Source of the DNA: Strigamia acuminata
Taxonomy: Eukaryota
Length of the DNA stretch: 64,000 bases
Assembly (NCBI GenBank): GCA_949358305.1
Contig: OX442314.1
Coordinates: forward strand, 23,870,001-23,934,000
Direction of reading: 5' to 3'
Of the stretch, positions 48,212-60,094 are shown piece after piece (position 1 is the stretch's first letter; each line of letters begins with the position of its first letter). A program made the translations under genes and the position numbers. Below the pieces are notes generated by a model that worked only from the letters and a program-made list of their open reading frames with translations, ran no database searches and was not told the origin of the DNA.

Positions 48212-51200
48212 ATGGCCGAAGATCTCAACGTGATCAAGTCACAACGAACAGTGGCCAGAAGAATGACGACCGCCACTATAACCAAGGCGAAAACGATTCT
48301 TGCGGCAATACCACAGAATGAACTCGAACTAAAAAAAATTAAGGCCAACCTGAAGGCCAAGTCCGCCGAATTAAAGGCGTTAGACGGAAAAATATTGGCG
48401 GCGTTGGTTGACGACGACGAGATCGACCAAGAAATCACACAGTGCGAAACTAATTATAATGAGAAGATAATCGACTGCGAGGTCGAGCTCGAAGAAGCGC
48501 TGAAGAAAATGAATGCGCTGGCAATCGCCCCGCCACTCGCCCCGATCACCAACAATTACCATGGTACCGTTAATGCCCCGCACGAGACGACGATGCGACT
48601 CCCCAAGTACGAGGCCATAAAATTCAGTGGCGACCCCCTCGAATGGGATGATTTCTGGGGGAATTTCGAAATCAGCATCGATTCGAAGCCTAACATCACA
48701 AATAAAAGCAAGTTAGTGTATTTAAAGTCGTATTTGGACGGTGAAGCGGCGCTCGTGTTGAAAGGACTGCCGCCAACTGATGAGAATTACCCCGTCGCCA
48801 AGGAACTTTTAATTGAACGTTACGGGCGAAGTGACGTTATTCTCAGTGCGCACATGAGAGCGTTAATGAAAATGCAACCTGTAAAAGATATTTTAGACCC
48901 CGTGCCTCTTCAAAAGCTCTACGACCGCTGCGAGTCACACGTGCGCGGATTGTTGGCGTCAAAAATGAACACTGAAGCTATCGATGCGACAGCTTGTCCG
49001 CTGATATTGGGTTTGGTCCCAAAACAAATTTCACTAGACTTTTCGCGACAACACCCTGATGGGAAATACAAAGCAAAAGACTTATTGGACATGATTCGAG
49101 CTGAACTAATTCATCATAGCAAAATTGATAGTTTTCAGGACCTGCATCGCACTAAAGACCAGGAGAAGTCGGGAAAAGCAGAAAAACAGGACACGGAGAA
49201 GACATTTCGCAAGAACAACGATCGTGTCCCGTCTGCTCGAGTATTGAGCACGATGATCGCCAACTGCATGTTTTGCAGTAAGACCCACGAACGTGACGGC
49301 TGTTCCACGACTGCAGCGGAGCGAAAAGAATACGTGGTTAAAAATGGACGGTGTTTTAAGTGCTTAAAAAAGGGGCACACGTCGAAAACGTGCTCCTACC
49401 GAATCACGTGTAAGATTTGCCAACGAAATCACAATCCTTTGGTGTGTGATGGAGCGAGGAAAACCGTTAATGAAAGTTTGACCACTCACGTGGCTACGTG
49501 TGCAGAATTATCAGCGTTCGTCCCTCCTCCTGCTGCAGCGTTGGCGTCAATTTTTGTGCGTGTTGTGCATCAATCAAAAGAAGCGATCGTGCAGTGTCTT
49601 CTCGACCCCGGCAGCCAAACGACATTCGTGTTGTCCAGTCTTGCTAAAGACTTGGGGTTGCAATCGAAAGGAACTGAAAATTTGTCCGTACTGACTTTTG
49701 GCAGTCAAGTGTCGCAAAGTGCAAAGCGAGAACGATTCGAGTTGAATTTGTGCAACGTGGACGACAAGAATAAATCGCTCACGGTCACAGCAATCGAGAC
49801 GCCGTGGATAACGCGGCCGATAAAAACTGAGTTGCAGGCTGGCTTGCGAGCCGCCTTAGCACGCAACAATATTGTAATAAATTTTGAACAATACACTAAT
49901 TTTGATGTTTTTTGTTTGATAGGCGCCGATAATATCGCTAAAATTTTGACTGGACGTCTCGAGAAGTTTGAAGAGGATCTGGTGGCAATCGAAACAATTT
50001 TTGGCTGGGCGTTGATGGGTAGCTCGCCCAACGTGACGACTTTGTCTACAATGGTCACCCGCGTATTCAACGTGCGGCTCGACGACCGCTTAGATGACCA
50101 TCTTAAACAATTCTGGGAACTCGAAGCGATTGGAATCCGACACGAGTCCATTGACGAGTCGCCAACAGATCGCAACACGTGCACAAAGCGCTTCCGCGAG
50201 CTGGTGACGCGAGAGGACGGACGATATGTGGTGCCACTACCGTGGTTAGTCGATGCCAGTCAACTCAACAACAATTTTGAAGTAGCCAAGCGGAGATTTT
50301 GGCATTTGGTGCGCAAGTTCAAGAAGAACCCCGGCTTTTATCAAGCTTACAAAAAAATCTTCGACGATCAGCTGAAAAACGACATCATCGAAGAAGTGAA
50401 AGTGCAAGACCCAGAACATTCATATTTTATGCCGCATCGTGCAGTTGTGCGAGAGGATCGTGCGACGACAAAAATTCGTATTGTTTTCGACGCGTCATCA
50501 AAGGGAAAGAACGAGCTTTCGCTGAACGATTGTTTGGACAGCGGCCCCAATTTGTTACCGGAAATATTGAAACTTTTGGTGCTATTCCGACGTGAGCTTG
50601 TAGCGTACATCTCGGACATCGAAAAAGCATTTTTGCAGCTTCTGCTAAGACTTTGCGACCGGAACTTTGTTAGTTTTTTGTGGGTACCAGAGAATTGGGA
50701 CGGTTTGGAATTCCTCGTGCCAAGAATTATGCGTCAGAAGCGAGTCACGTTTGGAGTCAGTTCCAGTCCCTACTCGTTAAACGACACGATCCAAATGCAT
50801 CTGGACGAAATGGAGAATTTGTATCCGGACACCGTCAAGCAGATTCGAGAGAAATTTTACGTGGACGACCTTCTGGATTCGATGCGAGCTGAAAATCAAG
50901 TTTTGACCGTTTTTTATGAGGCGCGGAAGTTGATGATGGACGCGCATTTGCCTTTAAGAAAATGGCATTCGAATTCTCCACGACTACGAGAAATATTTGC
51001 TAAGGAGATCCCCGAAGATGAAGAAATTATCGCCGCCGAAAATGGTCAAACTACCGTGCTAGGTTTGATTTGGAATTACGAGACCGATAGACTTCAACTC
51101 GAAATAGGAGAATGGGCTGAAAAGAAACCAGAAAGCGGTCAAGGATCGAAGAGGGCGATTGTACAAGCAGTGGCGAAAATTTATGACCCGTTGGGCTTCG

Positions 51201-53425
51201 CCTCACCATTCGCGATCGTCGGAAAACTCATGTTTCAGGAGTTGTGGTCCAGAAAAATCGATTGGGACGTCCCCTTGCCCCCCGACATTGCCAAGCGGTG
51301 GTGTGAATGGTACGAACAGGTGACAACATTACGAACAATCTCAGTCAAACGACCGTACAGTCCAAACTTGAGCGACAACTCTCAACAGGAAATTCATCTC
51401 TTTTGCGACGCGAGTCCGAAGGCGTACGGCGTCGTAGTTTACGTGCGCACAGAAACAAATGGAACTGTCGACGTGTCGTTGTGCATGTCCAAGTCACGCG
51501 TTGCGCCGTTGAAGCCACTTACTTTGCCAAAATTGGAACTCATGAGCGCCCTTTTGTCATCACGCGTTGCAGTGAAGTTACGAGTTTTGGAAATCAAGAA
51601 AATGCATTGTTGGACCGACTCTTCAATTACATACTTTTGGATCCAACAGCAACAGAAGAAAACTAATCCTTTCATCGCGAATCGAGTACGGGAAATTCGT
51701 ACAAACACCGACGTCGAATCTTGGCGACACTGCCCCGGCAGGGTAAATCCTGCGGATAAATTGACGAGAGGGATGGAAGCAGTGAAACTGGTTGACGATA
51801 ACGAGTGGTGGCAGGGCCCCGAGTGGCTACGAAAAGGTGAAGAACATTGGCCACAAGAAATAAGCGCAGAATTAGAAACCCAACTTGAAGAGTTCGAAGA
51901 AAATTGCACGAGCGTCAACGCGACTCGATCGGCGGAAAAAATGGAGCCGATATTCGCCCTGGAAAACTACAGCAGTTGGACAAGAGTCGTAAGGATCACA
52001 GCCTGGATGCTACGCTTCATTCGAAACTCGAGAAAGAATCAATCAATTGTCGGACCGCTGAAAACTGAGGAAATCGAGGCAGCAGAAACATATTGGTTCC
52101 GCCATGCTCAGCGTTCAAGGTTCGCAGAGGAATTGGATTGCGTGCAGAGCGCTGTGAAATTAAACAGAGAATCACCGCTATCGCAAGTGGAATTAATCAT
52201 CGACGAGAGGGAAGTACTAAGAATAAATTCTCGAATTCGCGACCACATCGGATCGAAAAACTTCATTTATCCAGTCGTATTGGACGCGGACTCGCCGATG
52301 ACCAAATTGATAATAAGGGACTGTCATTTACGTGCCTTGCATGGAGGACTGGGAGATACGTTGGCAGAATTTCGCTCAAGATTTTGGACCCGAAGAGCCA
52401 GAAAAACGATAAAAAGTTACGTGTCCAAATGCATAACGTGCCGTCGCGTGAACTCGAAGCTGATGACACAAGCCATCGGGCTTCTCCCTTCTGACCGCAT
52501 CAATCGTGCTGCCCCCTTCCAGATAATAGGCGTGGATTTCGCGGGCCCACTTTACATGCGGAGTGGCGAGAAATGTTATATCGCATTATTCACCTGCGCG
52601 GTAGTACGAGCCGTACATCTGGAGTTAGTTTCAGACCTGACGACAGAAAAGTTTATTCTGGCATTCAAACGTTTGATATCACGACGAGGAATTCCGAGTA
52701 TCGTGTATTCGGACAACGCAAAAACGTTTAAGCGGGCAGAAAAGGATTTGGCGCTGTTCATAAATGGATTTGCAGGCGAAGAGTTCCAGGGATTTTTATC
52801 TCACAACAAGATACAATGGAAATTCATTGTCGAGTTGGCTCCTTGGTGGGGAGGCTTTTGGGAGCGCCTCGTCAAGACGGTCAAATTGAGTCTGAAGAAA
52901 GTTCTGGGAAGATCGTCGCTTTGTTTTGAGGGACTGACAACTGTATTGACGGAGGTCGAAGCAATAATAAACTCGCGCCCTATAACCTACGTGACGGACG
53001 ATCCGACAGAGCAAGAACCGCTGTCGCCATCACATTTTTTGATCGGGACCCGAATTTCAAGTTTGCCCGACATTTACAACTCGGAGCATCACGTCGATAT
53101 TTCGAAGAGAACGGAGTTAGTTAAACGATGGAAGTTGCGCCAGAGATTTACAAATTTATTGTGGCGTCGTTGGTCCCATGAGTACCTCGTGGAGTTGAGG
53201 GAATTTCGACGAGTACGAGCATCTAAAGAGATTTGCGTTAACGATTTAGTCCTCGTGCAGGAACAGGGTCAGCCACGCATGACGTGGAAGACGGCGAAAA
53301 TTACGAAGACGTTTGACGGTAGAGATGGGAAAATTCGATCTTGCGAGATGATGCTGCCGGGAGGGAAAACGTTAAGAAGACCGGTGCAGAGACTTTGCTC
53401 GTTGGAAGTCGCCGACGACAATTAG
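48212..53425 (+). CDS. BEL/Pao Gag-Pol polyprotein, 1737 aa
   Basis: DUF1759-like gag (FSGDPLEWDDFWGNF...KLVYLKSYL), three Cys/His knuckles, protease LLDPGSQ, RT (RIVFDAS, DIEKAF, YVDD), RNase H (FCDAS, WTDS, NPAD), integrase (HHCC, GVDFAGP, SDNAKTF, FWERLV), DUF5641-like tail; no env. Confidence 0.97.
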   Translation: MAEDLNVIKSQRTVARRMTTATITKAKTILAAIPQNELELKKIKANLKAKSAELKALDGKILAALVDDDEIDQEITQCETNYNEKIIDCEVELEEALKKMNALAIAPPLAPITNNYHGTVNAPHETTMRLPKYEAIKFSGDPLEWDDFWGNFEISIDSKPNITNKSKLVYLKSYLDGEAALVLKGLPPTDENYPVAKELLIERYGRSDVILSAHMRALMKMQPVKDILDPVPLQKLYDRCESHVRGLLASKMNTEAIDATACPLILGLVPKQISLDFSRQHPDGKYKAKDLLDMIRAELIHHSKIDSFQDLHRTKDQEKSGKAEKQDTEKTFRKNNDRVPSARVLSTMIANCMFCSKTHERDGCSTTAAERKEYVVKNGRCFKCLKKGHTSKTCSYRITCKICQRNHNPLVCDGARKTVNESLTTHVATCAELSAFVPPPAAALASIFVRVVHQSKEAIVQCLLDPGSQTTFVLSSLAKDLGLQSKGTENLSVLTFGSQVSQSAKRERFELNLCNVDDKNKSLTVTAIETPWITRPIKTELQAGLRAALARNNIVINFEQYTNFDVFCLIGADNIAKILTGRLEKFEEDLVAIETIFGWALMGSSPNVTTLSTMVTRVFNVRLDDRLDDHLKQFWELEAIGIRHESIDESPTDRNTCTKRFRELVTREDGRYVVPLPWLVDASQLNNNFEVAKRRFWHLVRKFKKNPGFYQAYKKIFDDQLKNDIIEEVKVQDPEHSYFMPHRAVVREDRATTKIRIVFDASSKGKNELSLNDCLDSGPNLLPEILKLLVLFRRELVAYISDIEKAFLQLLLRLCDRNFVSFLWVPENWDGLEFLVPRIMRQKRVTFGVSSSPYSLNDTIQMHLDEMENLYPDTVKQIREKFYVDDLLDSMRAENQVLTVFYEARKLMMDAHLPLRKWHSNSPRLREIFAKEIPEDEEIIAAENGQTTVLGLIWNYETDRLQLEIGEWAEKKPESGQGSKRAIVQAVAKIYDPLGFASPFAIVGKLMFQELWSRKIDWDVPLPPDIAKRWCEWYEQVTTLRTISVKRPYSPNLSDNSQQEIHLFCDASPKAYGVVVYVRTETNGTVDVSLCMSKSRVAPLKPLTLPKLELMSALLSSRVAVKLRVLEIKKMHCWTDSSITYFWIQQQQKKTNPFIANRVREIRTNTDVESWRHCPGRVNPADKLTRGMEAVKLVDDNEWWQGPEWLRKGEEHWPQEISAELETQLEEFEENCTSVNATRSAEKMEPIFALENYSSWTRVVRITAWMLRFIRNSRKNQSIVGPLKTEEIEAAETYWFRHAQRSRFAEELDCVQSAVKLNRESPLSQVELIIDEREVLRINSRIRDHIGSKNFIYPVVLDADSPMTKLIIRDCHLRALHGGLGDTLAEFRSRFWTRRARKTIKSYVSKCITCRRVNSKLMTQAIGLLPSDRINRAAPFQIIGVDFAGPLYMRSGEKCYIALFTCAVVRAVHLELVSDLTTEKFILAFKRLISRRGIPSIVYSDNAKTFKRAEKDLALFINGFAGEEFQGFLSHNKIQWKFIVELAPWWGGFWERLVKTVKLSLKKVLGRSSLCFEGLTTVLTEVEAIINSRPITYVTDDPTEQEPLSPSHFLIGTRISSLPDIYNSEHHVDISKRTELVKRWKLRQRFTNLLWRRWSHEYLVELREFRRVRASKEICVNDLVLVQEQGQPRMTWKTAKITKTFDGRDGKIRSCEMMLPGGKTLRRPVQRLCSLEVADDN

Positions 53426-53449
53426 ATTTGTGGTTTTTTCCCCCGGCAA

Positions 53450-53849
53450 TGTAAAATCCAGATTTGGATTTAATGTTTAGTAATGATTTCAATTTATGTT
53501 TAATTTTAGTGTTTTATTTCGAAAAGTGTTTTAAGTCTCTTTGTAATTGTTTTTATCGAATATCGAATTGTATTGGTAATGTTTTAACGACAATAGTGTT
53601 TTTTGATCGAGGGACACCAAGAGTGCCCTCTGGTGTGTAATCTGTAATTTTGACCGGTCCTTGTTAACCGGAAGTTAACCCCGTTTTTGGGATTGACCAC
53701 CATCTTTTTTACCTGTATCATCGTGTGTCACCACGCGATTTTCCTTGTTAAAATCTTCAACGATTAAAATTAGTTAAGTTTAAAAATACGTCTCAAATTG
53801 TTGCTCGCGCGTGCTGCAATCGCAGCTAGATTATTTCGAAGTCTCGAAA
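53450..53849 (+). repeat. 3' LTR
   Basis: Direct repeat of 47725-48124, followed by TSD GTTTG. Confidence 0.97.
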
Positions 53850-54758
53850 GTTTGGTCTTCAGGATGATGAGGACCAATCTTACACCGACTAATACATCAC
53901 CAGATGCTAAGTTGGCTTTTTAGCAGGCCGTTTTCCAAGGCAATGAGCATTACTGAGGTGTTGTTTCGTTGTTGTATCACAGACATTTGCATTATACTTG
54001 ACTTTCATTTCATCAAAATTGCTTTTGACAGAATACATTTCCAAGCAATAATCAAGGGTGGCTCCAGGGGACGGGAGGGGGATTGCTTCCCCCTTGGAAA
54101 AGTTTCTGACGAGAGCTGTTTTCACATTGTGATGGTCTTAATCACATTCCAGAAATGTTCGAGTTAGTGAACATGAGAACAATGAAAAATACAAAGAAAA
54201 TGTGAAGCATTTTTTAGTTTATTTGGATTCTTGTGGATAATGGAAGTTTAGCCAAAACTTGGCACCACTACAAAGCTACCGAGTAACATTGTTTGTCAAA
54301 CAATGTCATTTGCTCCCTTTGTAGCTTGGAGCCAAGTTTTCACTAAACCTCAAGGAACACAATCTTACAATCGATTACCTAACTAAAAACATAGTTCAGC
54401 TTCCCCTTATTCAGCAGACATAAAAAGTTTGTTACATCTTATCCGAACCAATTGGGAGCCATAGGTGTTCATAAAACCAATTTGTTCACATAGTCAGACA
54501 TTAAGATTGTGTACATACTGTGTATATGAAGTCAAAATACAGACAAAAATTGTTAAAAATTAATTTAGAAATTACGAAGAGATGCAGTCTTTACTGTACT
54601 GCAACGTAAAACTGTCCAGAGGAATGTCTGCTTATTTAGACGATGTTGGGGAAGTTGCGATACTTCTGTACAGTTTCTCTGCCGATTCCTGTTTTGGCTC
54701 GTCTGGATATTGCTGTCTTAAATGCACAGTAAAAAGTGGTGCCTCCTATGGCCTATGG

Positions 54759-54903
54759 CAGGGGTCGGCAACCTTTTGAGACGGAAGAGCCAAAGGTTAC
54801 AATTTACAAAATTTCCCAGTTGTTAAAGAGCCACTACAATATTAAATTAGGTCCCATACAGCCGCATCTTAACATCGAAAGAGCCGCAGGTTGCCGACCC
54901 CTG
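54759..54903. mobile_element. hAT (Charlie-like) MITE
   Basis: 16-bp TIRs caggggtcggcaacct / aggttgccgacccctg; TSD gcctatgg / gtctatgg. Confidence 0.88.
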
Positions 54904-54999
54904 GTCTATGGCATTATTTTGTGCTGACAACAGACAGCTTTTGTATGCGATTACGAACTCAAATAAGTAAGTTCATGGCAAGTCGTTCGGTAAATCACT

Positions 55000-55125
55000 T
55001 GTATCGCATATCGCAATATTGCGATATTGCGATATATCGCAAACGACAGATACTGACTAATGTAGCTGCAATATTACACCAAAAAATAATCGCATTGCAA
55101 TATATTGCAAATTCGCACAGGCCTA
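55000..55125. mobile_element. hAT MITE remnant with ATCGCA subterminal repeats
   Basis: atcgcatatcgcaatattgcgatattgcgatatatcgcaa ... cgcacaggccta terminus; only one end recognised. Confidence 0.45.
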
Positions 55126-58010
55126 TATGGCAACTCAAATTTTCTACATGTTTGGTGACTGGCGACGGAGTTACCCACCCCAAGTTTAGAGCGTCAAACT
55201 CTTTAGCTAAATGTTTAAAAGAATAAATACGAGCGACTACAAAAAAATTTACAATCTACCAGGTAGATGTAATTGAAAAGCCACCCCAACATAAGCAGAT
55301 AAAATCTAAATTCATATAGACAATTGTAAAACAATGAGCACATTCAATAGAAAGTGCATTCAAGCTTCAGCCCATAAACTATTTGTTTAGATTCATTTAT
55401 TCGTACATGTGTTTTAAATTGAGAATGTAGTGAAATAAGCACTTTAAATGTAAATCATTTGCATAAACAAAGAAATCGAAACAACCCGTTTACGACTAGC
55501 ACTCTGAATGCACCTATTGTTCAAGTCATGAACGTACAATAAATTGTACTATTTTAGTAATTTGTACAAAGAAATCGGAATAAAGTGTTTATGATTTAGA
55601 ACTTTGAATAAATCTAAGGTCGCCTCAGTCAACTCGAGCTTCTACAATAACAGAATTGTTAATGCATGGTAGGGGGATTAGTCCCCTGCTCAGTTTGCAC
55701 TCACCATATCGTAACTGGAACATACAAAGCGAAACAGAGTGAAAAAATCAAACAAACAAGCATTTTGCATCAAAAATGGCGACAAAACAAAGTAGCCATG
55801 TTTATATTTCTATTTGATATACCGGTTTATCACTCTGATGTTTTTATTTTAAAGGATTGAATGACAAATTAAATACGCGATTTTACCAAAGGCCTTTTGA
55901 CTGTTTCCGGTGGTAAATAAAAAGTAGCCGTGTTTAATTTCAATTAAACAGTCTTCAAACAACTTTTGTTGTTCAAATGCATTTAGCCTTCTGAAACAGA
56001 AGAATAACGCTTCTAAATGGTACCTAACCCCTATTTTCCAAATTGCAATTCATGCGCTCAAGTACCGGTAACCTACAACTGGTAATATACAAAGTTTAAT
56101 ACCTTTAACCATAAAATAAGATGTTTAAACCGGATCAATCAACTACGTTAACAACCTTTTGTAATCATTACCACCAAGAAGGATTTAAATGAGGCAATTA
56201 AACCTTTTTACTCACTGCATAATAAAATAAACACAAGTAGTTTGTATTATTTTTAAAAAACAAGCGGTGCTCAGCAAAATAAAAGGTCAGGCATGGTGAC
56301 CAGGACAAAAATAATGTTTACCACCAACCTACAGATTACTATAAATAAAGATTTCAAACAACATTCAGGAAAAGAAAATAAAACAAGAAAAAAAAAATCT
56401 TTCCCAATTATAGAAATTAAACGAAATTTCAAAATGAATTTGTTTGCGAGTTATTAAACCTTTTGATTTCACTTCACGTGTACATTCCAATAAATTAACG
56501 GTGATGTAAACAAAAGAGGATATAAATGTGATCCATTTTAAATACCTTAATGATTATGAAACGCGGTAATCTTTAATGTTTAAAAATTCTGTTTTATTAA
56601 TCCCATAATTTATTTCAAAAGAAGGAAAAGTTTGCCAAGTTTTGGGTCAGGGTGACAAAATCGCCAAATCTTAATCTCTATATAAGAAAATTTACAATTA
56701 TATATTTTTATTTCTCCAACATTACGTAATTCCTACGTCGCTGCAGTCGAGTAACTAAAATATTGAAAATTCTTGCTTTCACAGCTCCTGTGCAATATAT
56801 CTTGCTTGTTGCACCAGCTGATTGGGCAGTAAATATTCGTAAGGTATACACTGCTTTCAAATAATTAACTCACAAATGCTATTAAAAGCTCGTAAATGTT
56901 ATTTAATTCCATCGATTTCAATTCCGCTGAGTTAAGTTACAGTAAAAGCAACTTAAAACCCGTAATTTTAACCAATTCAAACATCCCAAAATTAAATATA
57001 GGTCACATCAAAATAATCAATTTTTTTTCTTGTTTTCACAAACTATTTTCAGATAAATCCAATTTTTTAAATTACAATTTCCACAAAACACGCACAGATT
57101 TTATCTCTATGCAAATGCTAATACAATCAACCCAAAAAAAAACTAATTTCAATCAACCAAACACCAAAACAATTCCACAAAAAAAAAATGATTTAATTAA
57201 CGTTCGAAACAACAACTCCCACTGACACCAACTCTTCCATCAAATTGATTTGAGAAAAAGGGAAAAGATGATCCAAAAATAAGAGAATGACCTCAATGCA
57301 TCCACCTGCACTGTAACCTCAACCTCCACGTGGCAGCATAGTACACGAATGTTGAATACGAGCCAATAATTTTTTCCATGTGCCATCCTTCCTTTTGGTG
57401 ACAGTTAAAGAGAGTTAATACGATAAAAACAAGCCATCGTTCCGGGTTTGTTGAGGAAAAAAAATCTTTAAAGCAAACACAAGCGACTATTATTAGATGC
57501 GGGCTGTAGTCTCTTTGTCATATAGGATAACAAATCGCCCACATAAACATAAACGACATCAACGAGAAGTTAAACGCAGCTCACCTCATTAAATAAATAC
57601 ATTTTAGTTTAGCTAGACTGTTCCACACAACTAACGACATCGAATCAGTTCGGTTTGTTTAACTCGTAAAACGGATATCAACTGGTGAAAACTTTGTTTT
57701 TAAAATGGAGTTGAGACTAAAAATAAAATTATTTATGGTATGGAAAATCCCTGTAACCATTTTGTCTGTATAGTATAGCACACTGTTTTTGTATTTATAC
57801 GCAATGAATTTGTATGACTCGGCAAATAAACGACACAGGGTGAAAGTTTGAAACAAGTAACAGAATGTGCATTTACTTATGTGAAAAAAATATTTGTTAA
57901 TTAAACTTGAAAATACCCCAAAAAACTGGTGTGTTTATACTTTTGAAACAGACTGTACATTCGCGAACAACAATACAATAGCACGTGCGATAATTACACG
58001 TTTTCATATA

Positions 58011-58307
58011 CTATGTTTACATCCACGGAATATTTCGAGTGAGATGAAATATTCCTGTGCACAACTGTCATGTAAACAGGGATGACAAGGATTATTCGAG
58101 TAGTGAGTAATCCCTCGCAGACGGTTGTTTAATTCGAGTGAACTCCAACTATTTTTATTGCACATGCGCGCATCACTTCCGGCACTTCCCCATTGGTCGA
58201 AAATCAAAAGTGATCACGAATTATTTTCTGCGTGTAAACACAACAATTCGATTTTTTCACCACTCGAATTATTCACCACTCAAAATGTTCGGTGCATGTA
58301 AACTTAG
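58011..58307. mobile_element. MITE, copy 2
   Basis: Reverse-complement homolog of 46722-47019; ctatgtttacat / atgtaaacttag termini. Confidence 0.85.
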
Positions 58308-59474
58308 TAATAGCAATACATTAAAACTAAGAGAATTTTATTCAGAAATTTTTCGTTGCAGTTCTTGCAGTTTTGTTGGCAAATTTCGAGATTTCTGCCA
58401 ATTTTTGTGTTCCAATATATTTATTTTTCAAGATTTTGTTTCAATTTCCATTAATTAAAGCAGTGGCCTCCATCTAGTGATAAATTTAGCAACAAACCAC
58501 CTCTTTCCTTAATCATAAATTCATGGGACTACTGGACATTAAAAAGTTCCAATAAAAACGTTAATTCTGTTAAACCTTCGCATCGAAAAAAAAAATTTGA
58601 ATTTTTATTTCCTATTTATTTAAGTTATTACTTATTTAATTTCCCACTTTTTATCACTGACCTTCGTTCTGGTGAAAATAAAACTCAATTTGCTCAGGGT
58701 CAAGCTTAAATGCAATTGGCATCAACAATTAAACCTAAATCAAGACTTTTTACCCACGATTCATAATTTAACTCTCGCGGAACTCTAAGGTCAAGTGTAC
58801 TGAGTATTAATCTCGTTATCAATTAAAACTTTAAAAAAAATTTAAAAAATCATATCAGTAACTCTTTTTTTCTTTTGAAAATTATTTCAGCAATCAAAGG
58901 ATTGTTTATGGCGAATTACATCATAATCTGACGTCACCAGGTTCAATGTTCCACTGCTTAAACATGACGGACTCAGATTGATTGATTGACAGCCTATTTT
59001 GAGTATTAAGCAAAGTGAAGAGTACCTCGAAGAACCCAACCATGCATTTGCAGCATGAAGGTTGGCAGATGTTGCTACCACGGCAACAAACAGTGAACCT
59101 TAAATCAGACGTGGTTAGGGCCACCCATAAAGTACCGATCAAGCCCAATGCTCCTTCTGTTCAAATGGGAACAGGTGATCAGCAAAGTGTGTCCTTTTAT
59201 TGTTGTAAAATTAGAAACGCGTTGAAAGCTAGAACTTGAGGCTTGGCACAGCTTCCCGCGATGCATGACTGTGGCGCCGTAAACAATACGAGACAAAAAC
59301 GTGCCGAACTGTGAATGTGTGAGAGAATATTTGTATTTTTTTGTTTTTGGTTTGTTTTCTTGAGTTTTACCAGTAAATGGCCATTAAAATCCTTCATTTT
59401 CACCCAATTAACGAACTACGGGCCGCGTCTTTCAACGCAATTCTGTTTTTCCTCACGATTATTGGTGGTGCACG

Positions 59475-60094
59475 CAGGGTGACAACATTTTGGAAATAAA
59501 AAACTGAGACACCCATTAGCGACACAAAATTGCCGAATCGGAAACAATCTCCCCACGCACTTCCTCCGAATGCCGGAACCAGAACTGCTAATGTATTGAG
59601 GTTGAAGTGTGAACCTATATTCTTTAGTGTGAACATTTCAACTCCGTCTTGATCTTAATCATCAAGAAGTTCTTGACTTTTCAGAGAAAGTTTGTATACG
59701 TGTATAATTTTGGCACAAATTAAACCAATTAAAACTACTCAATTTTTAAAAACCAAGACGGATTCAATCAATTCAAAATCACAAAAAAACTGGTTACAAA
59801 AACTTGATTATAGAATCGGTTTTTAACTTTGAAGAAGTTAAATTAACTCGTTAAATTTCAGTATGGCCGACAAAAAAACATGTTGAAATCAGGTCTAAAT
59901 CCAAAGAATCCACCTCATACGTAGATTATAGAATCGGGTCTTCAATAATTCGATTTTCAAAAATATGTCACGTTTTGCATCGTTTCCGCCAGTGAAAATC
60001 AAAAGAATCGGTTTTTCAATTCGCAATTAAACGCACCTATTTTTAGTACGTCCAGAGAAAGTTTTTCCATACACCTGGACGTCTGGTCACCCTG
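59475..60094. mobile_element. hAT-like non-autonomous element
   Basis: cagggtgac / gtcaccctg termini; TSD ggtgcacg / cctgcacg (6/8). Confidence 0.6.

Larger units (their letters stand above)
47725..53849 (+). mobile_element. Full-length BEL/Pao LTR retrotransposon
   Basis: Two 400-bp LTRs (47725-48124, 53450-53849), apparently identical; 5-bp TSD GTTTG on both sides; tRNA-Phe PBS; single intact gag-pol ORF. Confidence 0.97.
47459..54020 (-). mobile_element. Degenerate Tc1 transposon split by the BEL/Pao insertion
   Basis: TA|cagtggggggcaaaa terminus at 47459; minus-strand LLEWPSQNTDLNPIEQLY (47551-47619) and FHRDNDPK (~47655-47680); beyond the BEL element VCDTTTKQHLSNAHCLGKRPAKKP (~53910-53990) resembles the Tc1 HTH region. 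Right end approximate. Confidence 0.75.

Noticed and set aside
49596..49620. DPG instead of DSG/DTG in the BEL protease as a sign of inactivity
   Set aside because: From memory, DPGS variants occur in other BEL/Pao elements, and this copy shows every sign of recent integration.
48106..53492. Short antisense and alternative-frame ORFs inside gag-pol
   Set aside because: Expected shadow ORFs of a long coding sequence; no recognisable motifs.
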